From contig LVLI01000007.1 in the NCBI GenBank assembly GCA_001687465.1, positions 1 through 64,000 on the forward strand: a stretch of DNA of 64,000 nucleotides, given 5' to 3'. The stretch comes from Halocafeteria seosinensis (taxonomy: Eukaryota). A program made the position numbers and the translations under genes. The notes below the pieces were generated by a model, which worked only from the letters and a program-made list of their open reading frames with translations, had not been told where the DNA came from and searched no databases. Numbering within the stretch: position 1 is the first letter of the stretch; the number at the start of each line of letters is the position of its first letter. Of this stretch, positions 23,028-37,913 are shown piece by piece.

Positions 23028-25883
23028 TTATTTGGCATACCTCGCTACTAGAGGTTCCAAGGGGGTGTTGTCAGCGCTCGATCTGCTTTGCTGGGCAAAC
23101 CGCGAAAGAACATCTTCAACAGCTTCACGGTAGCTATCCTTGTACTCGGCACACTGCAAGACACCATAGCAGCAAGTATATGCAACGCAGCATAGTGTAT
23201 GCTAAATGCATGCAAGCTTACCTCCTGGAGAAATTCTGCAACAGCGGCAACACTGGGTTCATCTGGTTGAGCCCCAGAAGGATGTTGCAGCATTAATACT
23301 AGGGCACCCTGTATTGTAGAGGAGCACAACATCTCTTCTGCGAAAGGAGCTTCAATGGTCATTGCCAGAGTCCTGAGCACATCAATAGCCTGGTGGCAAC
23401 TGTCTGAATTGCATATTCCAACAAGGAGATGATCCACTATCTTGTTAATCTCAGTTAACACATCCTCGGGTACATCCGATGCAGAAGCCTCCGGTGCGTT
23501 TTCTTCCGATTCCATCCTGACACGGCGCGCTTCCAAGTAAGATTCTGGGCGAATCAAGGCCGCTATCATTTGATAATGTGCTGTTTCCAGATGCTGCAAT
23601 TCGTTCTGTTGAATCGAGGCAATAAGAGTTGCCGCAACGTCTGCAGCAGGCCACCATAGCGGTAGGTGTGGTAGCCTGTAACGGAGACCGGATGAACCGG
23701 TAAACGGGAGCTCATGCGGGGATCCTCTAACATCCAAGGCTCTCCCTCGGGGCTCATCAGGTAGACACAAAACAGACTCGACGAAAGGTCCTAAAAGCTC
23801 TGGTTGCGAATCAAGCGCCTGAGCTACGTAGGCAGTGGATATACTAAGCACAGCGGGACATTGCTGTTGGGGATCTAGCAAGAACTTTGTAGTTTCGATA
23901 GTTCGAGCGACTTGCTCGTCTGTCAGGTTATCTGTGTCAGTTTCGGCCGTCCGCTGCAGTGCGGTAGCGCAAAGGATACATAGCTGTGCACGAACTTCCC
24001 ACCACTCATCTTGGGCCAGAGATATTATGGTATCCCATTGCTGTCCGACCATCGAGAAATCCTGCATGGCGACAATACAAAGCATCCCCAAGCACGCCGC
24101 TCGCAACGTCGGACTAGGCATCCCAAGACCGATATAGCTGTAATACCTGTACTCGTATTCAGGAAATACAACGTCTTCCTGTGTACAAAGAAGCAAACCC
24201 ATGCAAGAACAACATGTCTACACTTACGAGTAAAGATCGAGAAGCTGTTCATCAAAGTCTGGCTCGATTTGGATCAAAACAGCCAAGCAGTGAATAAACG
24301 TCGACATATTTCCGAGACGCTCCTGCAATACACGAATGGTACTTGCTCGAGAGGGAATGTCGGTCCTTGTGAATGCATAAGCGAGGCGTAGCAACGCATG
24401 TCGTGAAGCTGGTCTATCTTTCAGAACAGGCAATAGCGATGGCAGTGCAAAGTCCGAAAACAATGTAAATGATGTGTGAGGATCGCTGTCAACTAGAGAG
24501 CGTCCGATCAATGCAAACGCTTGGGATGCCATAGCAAAAGTACTTGTATTCTCCGGTAGAGCAGCCAATATTGGTGTGAGCACTGCCATTACTTGCATGA
24601 AGTTGATAGGCTTCGACAAGGAGGAAGCCGCTAGCTTGGATGCATATTCGGACAATCGGTGCAACACATCAGCTGCTAATATATCCGGAACGTCACCAGA
24701 GTTCGTGAGTGCATCTAAGAGTTCAAATATTGGAGGCCGCTGTCCTTGCGTTAAGTATTGGAAGTCCGGCTGGTCTTCGACGGCTTCTCGTACTGCATTA
24801 CTCATTATATCCACAGCTGAAGGAGTGGGTTTTACAGGGCGATTTTCTTGAAGACTGCTTTGGCTCCCTTGTAACTCGCTAGTTGATACATTATATCCGT
24901 TTTGTTTAGCTGGCGATGTCTTATCCCTGCGAGGAGGAGAATCGGCTTCTTTCGCTTCGTCCGTTCCTAACAGCGCTTGTACTTTAGATCTGCATGCTCA
25001 ATACCGGAAACGATCGATACGAGGACATGTCACATTTACGAGCGCGTAGGGCTCCTTCCTACCTTGAGGGTGATCCACCTCCGCTTGATCCAACGGTGCT
25101 ATGAATGCGGGAGGCACTTCCCGTGTATCGTTCCGGATCGCGCTCTTTGTGATGTTGAAGAGACTGCTCATGTTTCGCTAAAGTTTGTAATAGCTGCAGT
25201 GCAATGCCCAACAATATAAAATGTGCACACCAAATCGACCTTCCAGAAACTCATTTTCTGAGCTGATAGTTGCTCCACTTACCGTAGACTCCCTAACCGT
25301 GTGGTCCTTGACAACTTCCACTCTGGGATCTCTAAGTTTATCATTCACAGCTCGTGACGCGGTTCGTCTCGCGTAAGACGGTATGTGGGTATCACGTTTC
25401 GGCTTTGCAATCTGGGGAGCTTTGCGTCCTGTGAGAAACTCGTATAGCCTGTTGATGAAACTAACCACTGCTGAAGCCTTGCAGTGTATGATCGCTTCCG
25501 TCTCCACATCGTTTAGTGGCTGACCTGCCGGTTCGATGTTTTTGCGCTGAAGGAGCCGTCGTATCTGTGCCCAATTATCGCGCTTCGTGGCGAGACTAGT
25601 GCCATTCGAGAACGAATGCATTTCGACATCGCGTGGATAATATCGACTCAAGATCTCCGCGATCAAGAAGCCGTTGGCCAAGTCTCTGCAAGCGTTGAAT
25701 ACAGCGTTACCACCGAGTCTTCCAGATTCGGGCGGGGGGATCCCAGACGTACCGCTTGGCATTCTTTACTGAAAATGCTAAATCAAGGCTCTGAATCCAT
25801 TTTAGCACTTGTCGCGAGAGAGACGCGTTTGGGATCCCGGTGTACTCATAGAAACTCGAGCTTTCCGACTGATTTTCATCCAT
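23028..25883 (-). CDS. SPATA4: SPATA4/SPEF1-like CH2-domain flagellar protein with a long helical C-terminus, multi-exon
   Basis: LSRQVLKWIQSLDLAFSVKNAKR|DLANGFLIAEILSRYYP...KRDNWAQI after splicing 25752-25686. Further GT-AG introns at ~25282-25194, ~25060-24990, ~24228-24147 and ~23221-23155; stop TAA at 23030-23028. Confidence 0.75.
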
Positions 25884-26438
25884 TTTCACCGGTTTCAAGA
25901 GGTTATTCTGAAAGAGAAAGTCAGCTCTATTGATTGAGCACCTGCCGACAATCAACCCAACGTGGGAAATATAGCTTTGGGGAGCATAAAGAAGCACGGA
26001 ACTCCTAACGGCCGTCAGAAAAGACGATAATCTTTTCGCATACTTTCAACTTCAACTTCCGAGGAAGTTGGCACAGCTCGTATCATATCGGGCCGTGTGT
26101 ATATATACATTACACTTTTTGTAGTCCTGTAGTGTTCTTATTGGAAGTAATCTATTTAACCTGCTACGCCAAACCATGAGGGACGAAACCCTCCCGGAAT
26201 CGGTCAGACATCCGTGACCTGCCACCCAACGAGGCAACTTCCACGTGCCACTCCGAGAATGTGGTAATTTGCAAACAACCCTTACTTATTTTCTTCCAGA
26301 GAGTGGCCAAACGTATTAGCCCATATTGAGTCACTGGCCAGACTTACAGGTTTCAGCTTTACGAACGCACGTGGAATGATGAAAATGATGGACCGATGGC
26401 ACGTCAATCAATTTCTGAGTCCCAGCTAATATGAACGC

Positions 26439-27864
26439 CTACTGCGGTATATACTTCATTTTGTAGTCACCGGCTGTTCGCCAAGAATGTGCGACTCCCT
26501 TCAGAGTGACACCCTGAAGATAACTGTCTAACGCTGGGCGAATGTTTTCCCATTGGTTGCAGCCGTTGATGTTAAGTACTCGCAAAGATTGGACGTAATC
26601 GTACTCTGAGGACACCGTGCCATAATCAATTCTGAACACATTGGATAAATGTTGGAAGGCACGATCGGTAATGATAGTCTGGCAGCAGTCATTCATATGC
26701 AGAACCTCCAAATTTGTCAAATGCCGAAATGTCTCATCGGTGATAGTGGGTTGACGACAGCCGTTCATGTACAAAATTTTCAAGCGTCCTACGTGTTCAA
26801 ACGCTGAATTGGTAATAGTATTCTGAGAGCAGCTGCTTATGTCCAAAAATGACAGTTTCTTCAAAGGTTGAAACGCGGAATCTGATCGACAACATCATTC
26901 CATATTCGGAGACACCAGGTTGGACAACTGTTGGAACGCAGTGTTAGCAAGATTCGTCTGGTAGCACATCCGCAGATCCTAGGATGACAACCCTGATAAA
27001 TGACGAAAAGCACGGTTCGAAATGGTGTGCGCCTGGTAGCACATTCCCAAATCTAGGGATTTCAACTTCAACAAGTAGCGGAAAGCAGAGCTTGTGGTAG
27101 TTACCTCGCGGCATTGCCTCATATCCAATACAGACAAGTTAAGTAAGTGTCGAAACGCAGAATTCGGAATTGTACTTTGGATACAACGACGCATATTAAG
27201 TTCCGACAACCGGGAGAGGTGCTCAAACACAGAGTCGGTTATAGTCGGTTGGTGACTTTGAGAGATATTGAGCCACTCCAATTTCGATAAATGCTTGAAC
27301 GCAGAATCGGTGATGGTGCTTTGGCAGCATCCTTCAATATCGAGCGACACAAGTTCCGGTAAATGGTGGTATGCAGATTCCGTAATGTGTGTCTGGCAAC
27401 ACCCACACACAGACAATGCGCGTAATCCAGACAAATGCGGAAGTGCTGCGTCTCCTAGGCTGCTATTAGAGCACATGTGAATATCCGATTCTGTCAGGTT
27501 AGACAGGTATCGAAAGCTAGTGTTGGTCAATTGCGAACACGACACTAAGGAAAGCCGTCGAGACAAGGGGCCTCCAGGAATGATACTCAGAGTAGAATCT
27601 GTAACCCATTCTTCTTGTGTAGTTAGGAAATTGGGCCCACAGTGCCTCCAGGCCTTCGGCTCGGACACAACAGACCTGACAACGTGGCCAGCCGAATTCA
27701 GTTATCCAGCCGTCGTAATTGGTTTCTGCATGTGCTACTTTGGTCCAATACAAAACGGCAGTCTTCAAGTCGTAGTTGTCTGAAGCGTGATCCTGCGACT
27801 TTGAAAAGCATTGATACCATGTCGTCAAGTATACTTCAAAGAAGCTACTCTGGCTACTGTCCAT
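26439..27864 (-). pseudogene. 24-aa LRR family gene, copy 1 (several frameshifts and stops)
   Basis: N-terminal VYLTTWYQ/YWTKVA/FGWP/WAQFPNY motifs, then ITDSAFxHLSxLxxLxMxxCxQxT repeats spread over three ORFs. Confidence 0.8.
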
Positions 27865-28221
27865 CTTGTCTGAGTTACTGGGCCCGCGTGTGGATCAACC
27901 GGGGATTCAATTGGAAGTTAATTCGACGAGGAATACAGTACAATGAGGAGTTCGTGAGATTTGAAGGCTGAAAATTCAAGTTGACATGGTCACTGAAGTG
28001 AGGATACTGACCGATAATCCTCGCTGGAGTTGGTCCCCGTGGAATCTGCCGAAGCATTGAGGCCACTGTAAGCGGTATACCGAATCATCATCACGGTAAG
28101 GGGCTACCTTCGTCCAATGAAAAATCTGTAAATACTCCGTCTATGTACCTTCCTTGAGTAATCCTTGTACGGATCTTCCTCTCCTATTCCGGGAACGTGG
28201 TACTGGTGCCATGTTGCCACA

Positions 28222-29510
28222 GTGTGTGTTGGTATTGCTCCTACCGCAAGACGTGTCTGCTACAGGCTGAACTACGCCGTGTGAGGGGTGAACCCTACCC
28301 GGGACCGGGACAACATCTTCACGTTGTGGTGCATCAACGTGACTGACAGTTTGGCCGTCATCAGCTTGTGGAAGTTCCGCATCTCCCTCATTCCCCAGCG
28401 GGAGCAATTCTCTTGATTGATTGAGTCTTCCCCGAAGCCGCCCGTCGCCTCTATCGCAAACGGGATAGTTTCGTGTGGTGGTCCCTCAGTTGTCCGTATT
28501 TTGTCCGCTTCATCTTCTCCACTGCTGCAGCAATGGTGAGGGGTCTTCCAGCTGTCCTGGCTAGTCTGTCTCCGGTGAGCGGGTTTGGCACTGTCACACC
28601 AACGTACAGTGTGCTCGTTGGGCCCTTCGCTAGGTTCATTACTGGCGTCGCCTCTCCTTCGTTTTGCGGCTCTACGAGCACCTCTCTCTCTCCACTGGCA
28701 TTTGACTCATGCGGATGTAGTTCTCTAGCTCCACTGCTATTCCGTCATGACGGCGGGTCCTTTGCGTGGCGTTCCCTTCGTTGCCGCCCCCAGTGCGTGG
28801 TGCAGCAGCCCGTCGATCGGTCCTTCTCCACAGCATCCACCGGTTGGCCCCGTAAACAGGTTAGTTTGGGGGAGCCATGGCATAGGTGCAGTGCTACCAT
28901 GTACTCGACGTCGGTTAGTGTAAATCCTTTTCCTTGGTGCTACGTATAGCCATGCATGCTGCTCCGTCTGCTTGGCATGCTGTCAGTAACGCTCTGCTGT
29001 GGGTTCAGAGTCCGTGTAGCTACTTTTTGCAACATCTTGACCACGTGTTTTTGTAGCTTCGATTAGGGTGTCTGATCGTTTCCTGTAGCGCGTTCTGACT
29101 CTCCGCGAGCCATGGCGGCGATATTGCGCGAGCGGGTCCTGCTCGTCTCCAGCCACTTGTTGGATCGTTTCGACGTGTCGATCGCCCCGGCGATATGCGA
29201 TACTTCTGCTACGTGGTCTGGGATGACTATCCCCAGTCCTCCTGCCTTCGAGGACAGCTTGGCTCGACGACGAAGATGTGACTGATGACCCACCGGCAGC
29301 TGGATGCTTGGCTCGTGTAACGGGGTGGACGGGGAGCTCATCTTGCCATTTCAGCGCTTTCCGCACCATATCAGCCATATCCTCGTTGAATTCTTCCGGT
29401 GGCCTCTCGTTAACCTCCGGGCTGAGGGTGCGAAGCCAGTAGGTGGGTTGTCTTGCGATTGAGTTGGTCAATAGTCTCATGGTGGCCTGCAGTTCTAGTC
29501 CCACTCTCCA
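28222..29510 (-). mobile_element. Decayed, 5'-truncated non-LTR retrotransposon with restriction-like endonuclease (CRE/R2-group-like)
   Basis: In order across broken frames: post-RT LQATMRLL..RQPTYWLRTLSP, KAGGLGIVIP..AEVSHIAG, zinc-knuckle-like CCGEGPIDGLLHHALG, RRHDGI, LYVGVTVPNP...AAAVEKMKRTKYG and C-terminal AKLSVTLMHHNVKML; the 3' UTR ends in an (AC)n-like tail. Confidence 0.75.
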
Positions 29511-30157
29511 TGCTCACATATGTACTTGAAGTACACTGGTCATGCTGGTCTGCTAACCCTGTCCTCTAATCATCCAGAATACGCACGTGACGTAGACGCG
29601 GTTTCTTTCTTGCTGGTAGGGGTAAAAGACTTCAGTCACTGAAGTTTTCACTGACTTCCACAGTGAAGTTCAACTGCTGACTTCTCGGTATAACCATGAT
29701 AACCGCTATCCAGAACATACCTAGATATGTTAGCACACCCTTCAAGAAACCACAAACACACTATTCCATTCTACGAACTTTATTAACCGGGTGAATCGTA
29801 CAAGCACAATTGTATACGCAGGTGTGTCAGTACTACACGTGCGTATCCGTCTGACACGTAAGTCTACATAGCTATCGCTTGTATATACAAAGACTTGCGT
29901 ATGCCGGGCTATGCCCCAATAGAAGAACGGGTTCTTTGAATGCTCCGGTTGTCATTGTTGGATGGAGCGTCTTGGGTGATTGTTGTGTTGCTTCGCTAGG
30001 AAGTACAAAAAGGCCTCTTTATCTCTTTCCCTCTCCCGCAACGGGTGGTGAATCTCCGTGTCCGTTACGTTTCGCTCATACATGTATACACAAGAGAAAA
30101 GAAACTCTGGGATTAACTTTGCCCTTTCTACAGTGTATACTGGGAGCCGTGTAAACA

Positions 30158-31753
30158 ATGAGTGTGGACGTCACTGTAAATTGGGATATTTACCGTAAAA
30201 TCCCTGAGAGCAAATTACGGAAGTACGGAGGGTCAAATGTGCAACATGTCTACTTGCGAACTGCAATCGATGCAAATGGCGTTTGGCTTGCATTTTTGGG
30301 CCCGGACGGAGAGGTCTTGGAGAAAAGAGCTAACTTTAGGATCATGGGGCAGCCGGCTGTGGACGTACTTGTCGATAAGGAAATGGTTTGTCCGAGCGCA
30401 GACAACAGCGGACTATCTTTCAAAAAAGACTTCGTAATAGTTGAGGACCAGCTGCCATACGTGAAGATTAAGAGCGGCACATCCGTTCGACTAGCTACTC
30501 GAGCCGTAGAGTGGAGAGAAGATGTACTAGATAACAGTCATGTCCTTTTGACTCCGATTTTACGCCAATCGAAACAGAAATACTTGGACAGTTGCCACGC
30601 TTTCATCGAAAAGGGTGAAACAGTGAACGGCAAAGCCGGGCATAATGACCAAGGACCACCTGACAGCCAGAGTGGTGCACCGGGTACCGTATGTAACTCA
30701 ACATTAATTCAAAATCAAGGAGTTACGACCGGTGAGGGTAGTGCTGGTGGCAGCGGTGGAGGGAACGCCACCACAAAGTCCAGTGCACCGACGCTTTGGG
30801 AGACTTTCGCTGAGAAAGTGGTGGCTATGAGCGCAGAGGAAGATGCGAGTTCGAGTGAAAGTGAGTCTGACGATATTGAGGCAACTGAACCTCATGTCAG
30901 GGACGATTGGCTAAATTTCATGCATTTGTCTAACAGCAACGAGTGTTCGCCGAGTCTCCAAGTCTGCCTCTCTTCGTTGGTTTGGGTACAACGTTGTCGA
31001 GCAGTGCAGTTTACGAATTTCTACAATATGGAGACCGAAGAGGAACTCAGCTATGAGGACCGTGCTATGGTTCAGGCGATTCTTGGATGCTGGCTTGATG
31101 ATATTCAACATTTTTCTTGTATAATTCGCGAAGCGTTGAGTGTCGTTACCGATGGAGAGAACACGACAGGGCAGCTATTCGACAGGATCAAAGGGAGCAC
31201 AAAACTGTCGTGTTACCTACTTTCTGCTCTTGCGCAACCTCCTAAACAATGGGATGACCGATCCCGTACGTTTCCGCTAGCCAAGGACTTTGCGTACAAG
31301 CTGGAGGAAGAAATAGAAACGAACTTGTGCCGAGTCCCACAAGAGGGCGCGGAGTACCGGTATTGGGAAGTAATCCGCAGCTTGTCAAAAGCAGCAAATC
31401 GAATATGCTGTCACGTATCATGCTACAACTTATCCGACATCACGAGTGAACCGATTTCGGATAATTTTGATGAAGAGCAAGTCATGATCCCCTCCATCTC
31501 GGCATGGTTAGCGGATTTGAAAAACCAGCTTGTGCCACAGAAGATGGAGTATGATGAATTTTTTGATGACTCTTCCGTTGACGGAATTTTTTCTCTTTGG
31601 CACACGGTTCATATAAGGGCAGTTGTGCGGGCTATTGATACTTGGCAATCATGCGTTGAGCAAGTAAGAAAAGCTCCACGGGTTCAACTTCCTTCCGTGT
31701 CTATTTCCATTAGTGATGCTAGTTCACGCCATGGGGGTGTCGAGGGGAATTAA
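30158..31753 (+). CDS. Hypothetical protein, 531 aa, intronless
   Basis: Long ORF with ATG; two globular-looking halves separated by a Gly/Ser/acidic linker; no family recognised. Confidence 0.7.
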   Translation: MSVDVTVNWDIYRKIPESKLRKYGGSNVQHVYLRTAIDANGVWLAFLGPDGEVLEKRANFRIMGQPAVDVLVDKEMVCPSADNSGLSFKKDFVIVEDQLPYVKIKSGTSVRLATRAVEWREDVLDNSHVLLTPILRQSKQKYLDSCHAFIEKGETVNGKAGHNDQGPPDSQSGAPGTVCNSTLIQNQGVTTGEGSAGGSGGGNATTKSSAPTLWETFAEKVVAMSAEEDASSSESESDDIEATEPHVRDDWLNFMHLSNSNECSPSLQVCLSSLVWVQRCRAVQFTNFYNMETEEELSYEDRAMVQAILGCWLDDIQHFSCIIREALSVVTDGENTTGQLFDRIKGSTKLSCYLLSALAQPPKQWDDRSRTFPLAKDFAYKLEEEIETNLCRVPQEGAEYRYWEVIRSLSKAANRICCHVSCYNLSDITSEPISDNFDEEQVMIPSISAWLADLKNQLVPQKMEYDEFFDDSSVDGIFSLWHTVHIRAVVRAIDTWQSCVEQVRKAPRVQLPSVSISISDASSRHGGVEGN

Positions 31754-32937
31754 TATGGAGAGAAAAGGGGATATGGTACCTCAAGACATTCGACTGCTAG
31801 CTCGTTATGCTATCAACGAACAGAGAGTAGCGAAGCACAACGCCGGAGATTAGTTTGACCTGTGCTCATGAGTCACATCTTCGTCGTGCTCAACGGTGAC
31901 GAACAACCTTCCACTCACTAACTATGGTGGTTGTACATAAACAAGACAAATTAGTAAATCGCGTTTACGATTGTATTTCACTCTCTCTTTCTAACATACC
32001 GAAAATGCCGGAACTGACCTCCGTAGTACATACAGTATGTCTCGTTGCCGCGGTTGCGGCGCGGTACCAATACGTTCTCAAGGAGCTATTGCGTGCGTAG
32101 CTTGCAGGCCACATCCCACAAGCTCTACACCTGTATCCTCGCTACCAAGTCATCCAGCCAGCGAATAAGGTGGGGGAAAAGGAATTGAAAACAAGCCGAG
32201 CGAAAAGGTGCATGTTTCTGCTCCTGCACTGGACCTAAGGTAAATTATCCAACGACGTTCCGACCCGATACTTGTATTGTGACGAAAGAGAACGAGCAAC
32301 TACGCAAGGTGAAGAGGGACATTCGTTCAGCAGCGTCCCGAGTGCACGATTGTTACTTTGCTTGAGTTGCGTGCGGGACCAGTCGCATCTTCGTCGTCGG
32401 CCATGGAACTGCTCTGGAACATTTGTTGGGAACGGAAAATAAGGCATATTGTATTCCTTCCGAAATGATATAATGGGTATGAGAAAACGTGACACCTCGA
32501 GTTTGTTCGCAAGTCTTTGGATTACCTGTTGAATCTCTATCTCACAAACAGTGCAAACAAGTTTCGGGTCTATGGTAGGAGTGGGACCTACGTGCTTATA
32601 AAGATATGGATGTCGAGTACTGTAAAGCAGCACACTTTAATAATTTATTTTCCAGTCAGATAGAGAAGAAATGGATTCCATAGCAAGTCAAATCTTTAGG
32701 CCGAAGAGACAACAGGTGAAGTTATTTCATTGCGAGGATCTCTGGGCTATCTTTACAATATTGTATCAGTGCTTGTTCTTCAACCCGGCCCTCTTCCCTG
32801 TCGGACTGCTAGAATGTTTGGCATCGACAATTACTCGACGAGTGCAAGCTGCCAATTGCACAAATTTACAGAAGCACTGTATTGCGGCCTTGAATTATCA
32901 TGTGAATGCCAATTCCTACTCGTTGAGAGGAAAATGC

Positions 32938-33846
32938 TCAAGCATGCTGTTTCCGAGAACATGTAGCGTAAGGGAGAGCGTTCGCTAGTCCTTGGCGGGT
33001 AATAGTACGCTGGGTGCAGCCGTTCGCATTTAATATCTGTAGGGACGATAAGTGTGAGAACCCAGAGTCGGTGATAGTAGACTGAATACATCCTCGCATG
33101 TTGAGCACCGTCAACGCAGACAGATGCTCAAATGCAGAATCCGTAATGGTCACTTGATCGCACCAAGACATATTTAGAGATTCCAAACTCGATAAATGCT
33201 GAAACGCAGAGTCCGTAATTGTCGTCTGTCGGCACTCAGACATATCCAGACACACCAACTTCGATAAATGCTCGAAAGCAGCATCGGAGAGGGTTCTTTG
33301 GCTACATCCCTGAATGCGTAACCATGTTAGCTCTGATAAGTGACTAAAGGCCAAATCCGTGATGGTATACTGAAGACATAGCGCCATATCTAATGCACAT
33401 AGACGTGAGAAATGTTGGAAAGTGGTGTCGTCTATCCCAGACGACCAGATCTCTAAACTTGTCACATTCGAAAGATATCGAAATGCATGGCTAGTCATTC
33501 CGCTATTCCTGTCAAGCGAAACTGGTTCAGGTTCCCTAAGAAAGCCTCGAAGTCCCTTGCGGGAAGGACGTTCGCCGTATCGAACATGTCCTCTGAAGTT
33601 AGGAAATTCGCCCCATAGTTGATATAGCTGTTTGTCTGTTCGACAGCAGGTACCGCATCGCGGCCATTCCAGCTGGTACACCCAGTGGTCCCCATTTGGG
33701 TCCGATTGCGCCACCTTGGCCCAGTAGGAAGCTGCAGAGTCTAAGCTAACTGGTTGCGAGAGAGTAAAGGGATCCTCGCTCAGTTCTTCTGGTTGCAAGA
33801 GGTGCTGAAACCATGTTCTCAAGTACACTTGGAGGACGTCGGACAT
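32938..33846 (-). CDS. 24-aa LRR family gene, copy 2 (intact, 302 aa)
   Basis: VYLRTWFQ/YWAKVA/LEWP/WGEFPNFRGHV N-domain followed by tandem ITDSAFQHLSSLESLNMSWCDQVT-type repeats. Confidence 0.85.
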   Translation of the reverse strand: MSDVLQVYLRTWFQHLLQPEELSEDPFTLSQPVSLDSAASYWAKVAQSDPNGDHWVYQLEWPRCGTCCRTDKQLYQLWGEFPNFRGHVRYGERPSRKGLRGFLREPEPVSLDRNSGMTSHAFRYLSNVTSLEIWSSGIDDTTFQHFSRLCALDMALCLQYTITDLAFSHLSELTWLRIQGCSQRTLSDAAFEHLSKLVCLDMSECRQTTITDSAFQHLSSLESLNMSWCDQVTITDSAFEHLSALTVLNMRGCIQSTITDSGFSHLSSLQILNANGCTQRTITRQGLANALPYATCSRKQHA

Positions 33847-34544
33847 CGGCGTAGGCTGAATGAGTTCCTCTAATTCCGTACAACGTACCGAATTTCAATT
33901 TGTGCAATCAATTTCCAAAGCGGTGGTATGCTGGATGCGGTCTATCGTTGGGGAGACGCTCGCTCTTGGTCTCTTCTTAACTTAGAACCACCGATACAAC
34001 AAACCTGGTGTCCGCGGTATTGTTAGTGAGTGTATGCATTTATGCCCGCTTGTGGGTGTAATCGACAAATCTATTGCCTTCCGTGTAATCGCTACAGAGC
34101 GAGTCGCGTTGGTACCAAGAATGGAACTTCACAAGAATTTTATTCCTCTTGGCGAGGCGCCGGAGCTATGTGACAGATAGCCAACCAGTCAGAAAGACGG
34201 CCCTACGCCCTTAACGAAGAGCCGTATACTAGTGTACATACAGTCATCTGGAATACATGCTTCCCTCGCGATGGGCAAGTCGCGCATCTCCGAAATTGGC
34301 ACGCTGTGGCTGTTTTACCTCCATATATCCAAGCTACAATGGGACGAACCTTTATGTATCGACTCGAAGTAGCTGATACAAGTTGTCATCAGCATAGTAC
34401 AGACCAACACCGTTTGTAATTGTATTGAACGTGAGGTACTGTACTGTACAACACATTGTTGAAGTTGTATACACACAAACTTTGACTGTAGGTACAACCG
34501 TCATTGTGTGTGTATTCAACTGGTTGTACCGTAGCGGGCCGGAG

Positions 34545-34602
34545 GTAGTTCTGAGGCTGTAGCATACACGTCTTCCGGTAGGAGCAATACTAATGCACAC
34601 AC
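34545..34602 (+). mobile_element. Short 3'-end fragment of the CRE-like element
   Basis: gtagttctgaggctgtagcatacacgtcttccggtaggagcaatactaatgcacacac versus the 28.2 kb copy gtagttcagcctgtagcagacacgtcttgcggtaggagcaataccaacacacac. Confidence 0.75.
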
Positions 34603-35078
34603 GGTAGGCTGAGAGTCTGAGACTGGAAGGATCAAACGTTGGCTTGCAGATAATTTCCCTACGAAACCCAAACCACAAGGAAACTACAGCTCACCCAGCT
34701 ATGAGAATATGGCTACCTAACTATACATACAATGTCCATCTCACGTCGTGAGACTCACGATAACATCGCATCAAACCGGTGTGTGTGTGTTAAGGTACTG
34801 TGAACATCGCAAAAAATGATTACAGAATGAGTGTTTCGGAAACCGCCCAGGTAGTGCTGACTAAACTTCACCGGCTGCGTGTCTCGGATTTGTTCTTGAC
34901 GGATACGGTACACCAGTACAGTAATTCAGACTGAATTATTCAGTACAATTCAAACCATTTGAATGTTGAAGTCGCTGCGCGGTCTTACTTCAACTTCAAC
35001 GTCTGCTGGAGTGACTCCGACAAAAGGTCAGTTCGGAAGCCATTGTCTTGTTCACTCCCTCTGTTACAGAGAGACCTT

Positions 35079-35617
35079 AAAAAAAGTAAATAGAAAAAAA
35101 CCAGAAAAACTAATACTCCCTCTAACAATCTATATTGTTGAGCCTAAAGGCACAAGTGTCCTTTATTAAAACCCTAAAAGAAAAACCAGAAAAAAAAGAA
35201 ATTCTTTTTATTCATTCACGCACTCTTTTTGTCCGAAAAAAAAGTGTGCACCCTTGAATAAAGCAGTCAGGAAGGAAAGGAACCTAAGGTTTGATCAGTA
35301 ATTTCGCTCAGGTACGTCTCTCAGTTTGTGCAAGCGTTAACCAGCCCTGCATTTCCATTTCCCCCTGGCGGATCGTCCCTGGACCTTTTTTGTCCCCTTT
35401 GTCGGCCCCCGTGTTGCGAACACTTGCTGTTGTTGAAGACGGGGAAGTTGATGTTGAAGTGGAGTCACCTCAGAGGTCGTTATTGACGCCGTTTTTGTCC
35501 TGTATAGGGCTGGGATGCATCCAATCACCTGTTTGTTCAATTATGTATACTGCAGTCGCGTTCTTGTTTTCTCTAGTGGAACTCTCCTAACCTCCGGAAA
35601 AGGAAAGAAAAAAAAAA
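35079..35617 (+). promoter_or_regulatory. A-rich putative 5' UTR of the PABP gene with a probable 5' UTR intron (35312-35576)
   Basis: Oligo(A) tracts at 35079-35110, 35168-35201, 35236-35243 and 35598-35617; cag|gtacgt donor and pyrimidine-rich ttctctag acceptor. Confidence 0.45.
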
Positions 35618-37913
<2,296 letters not shown>

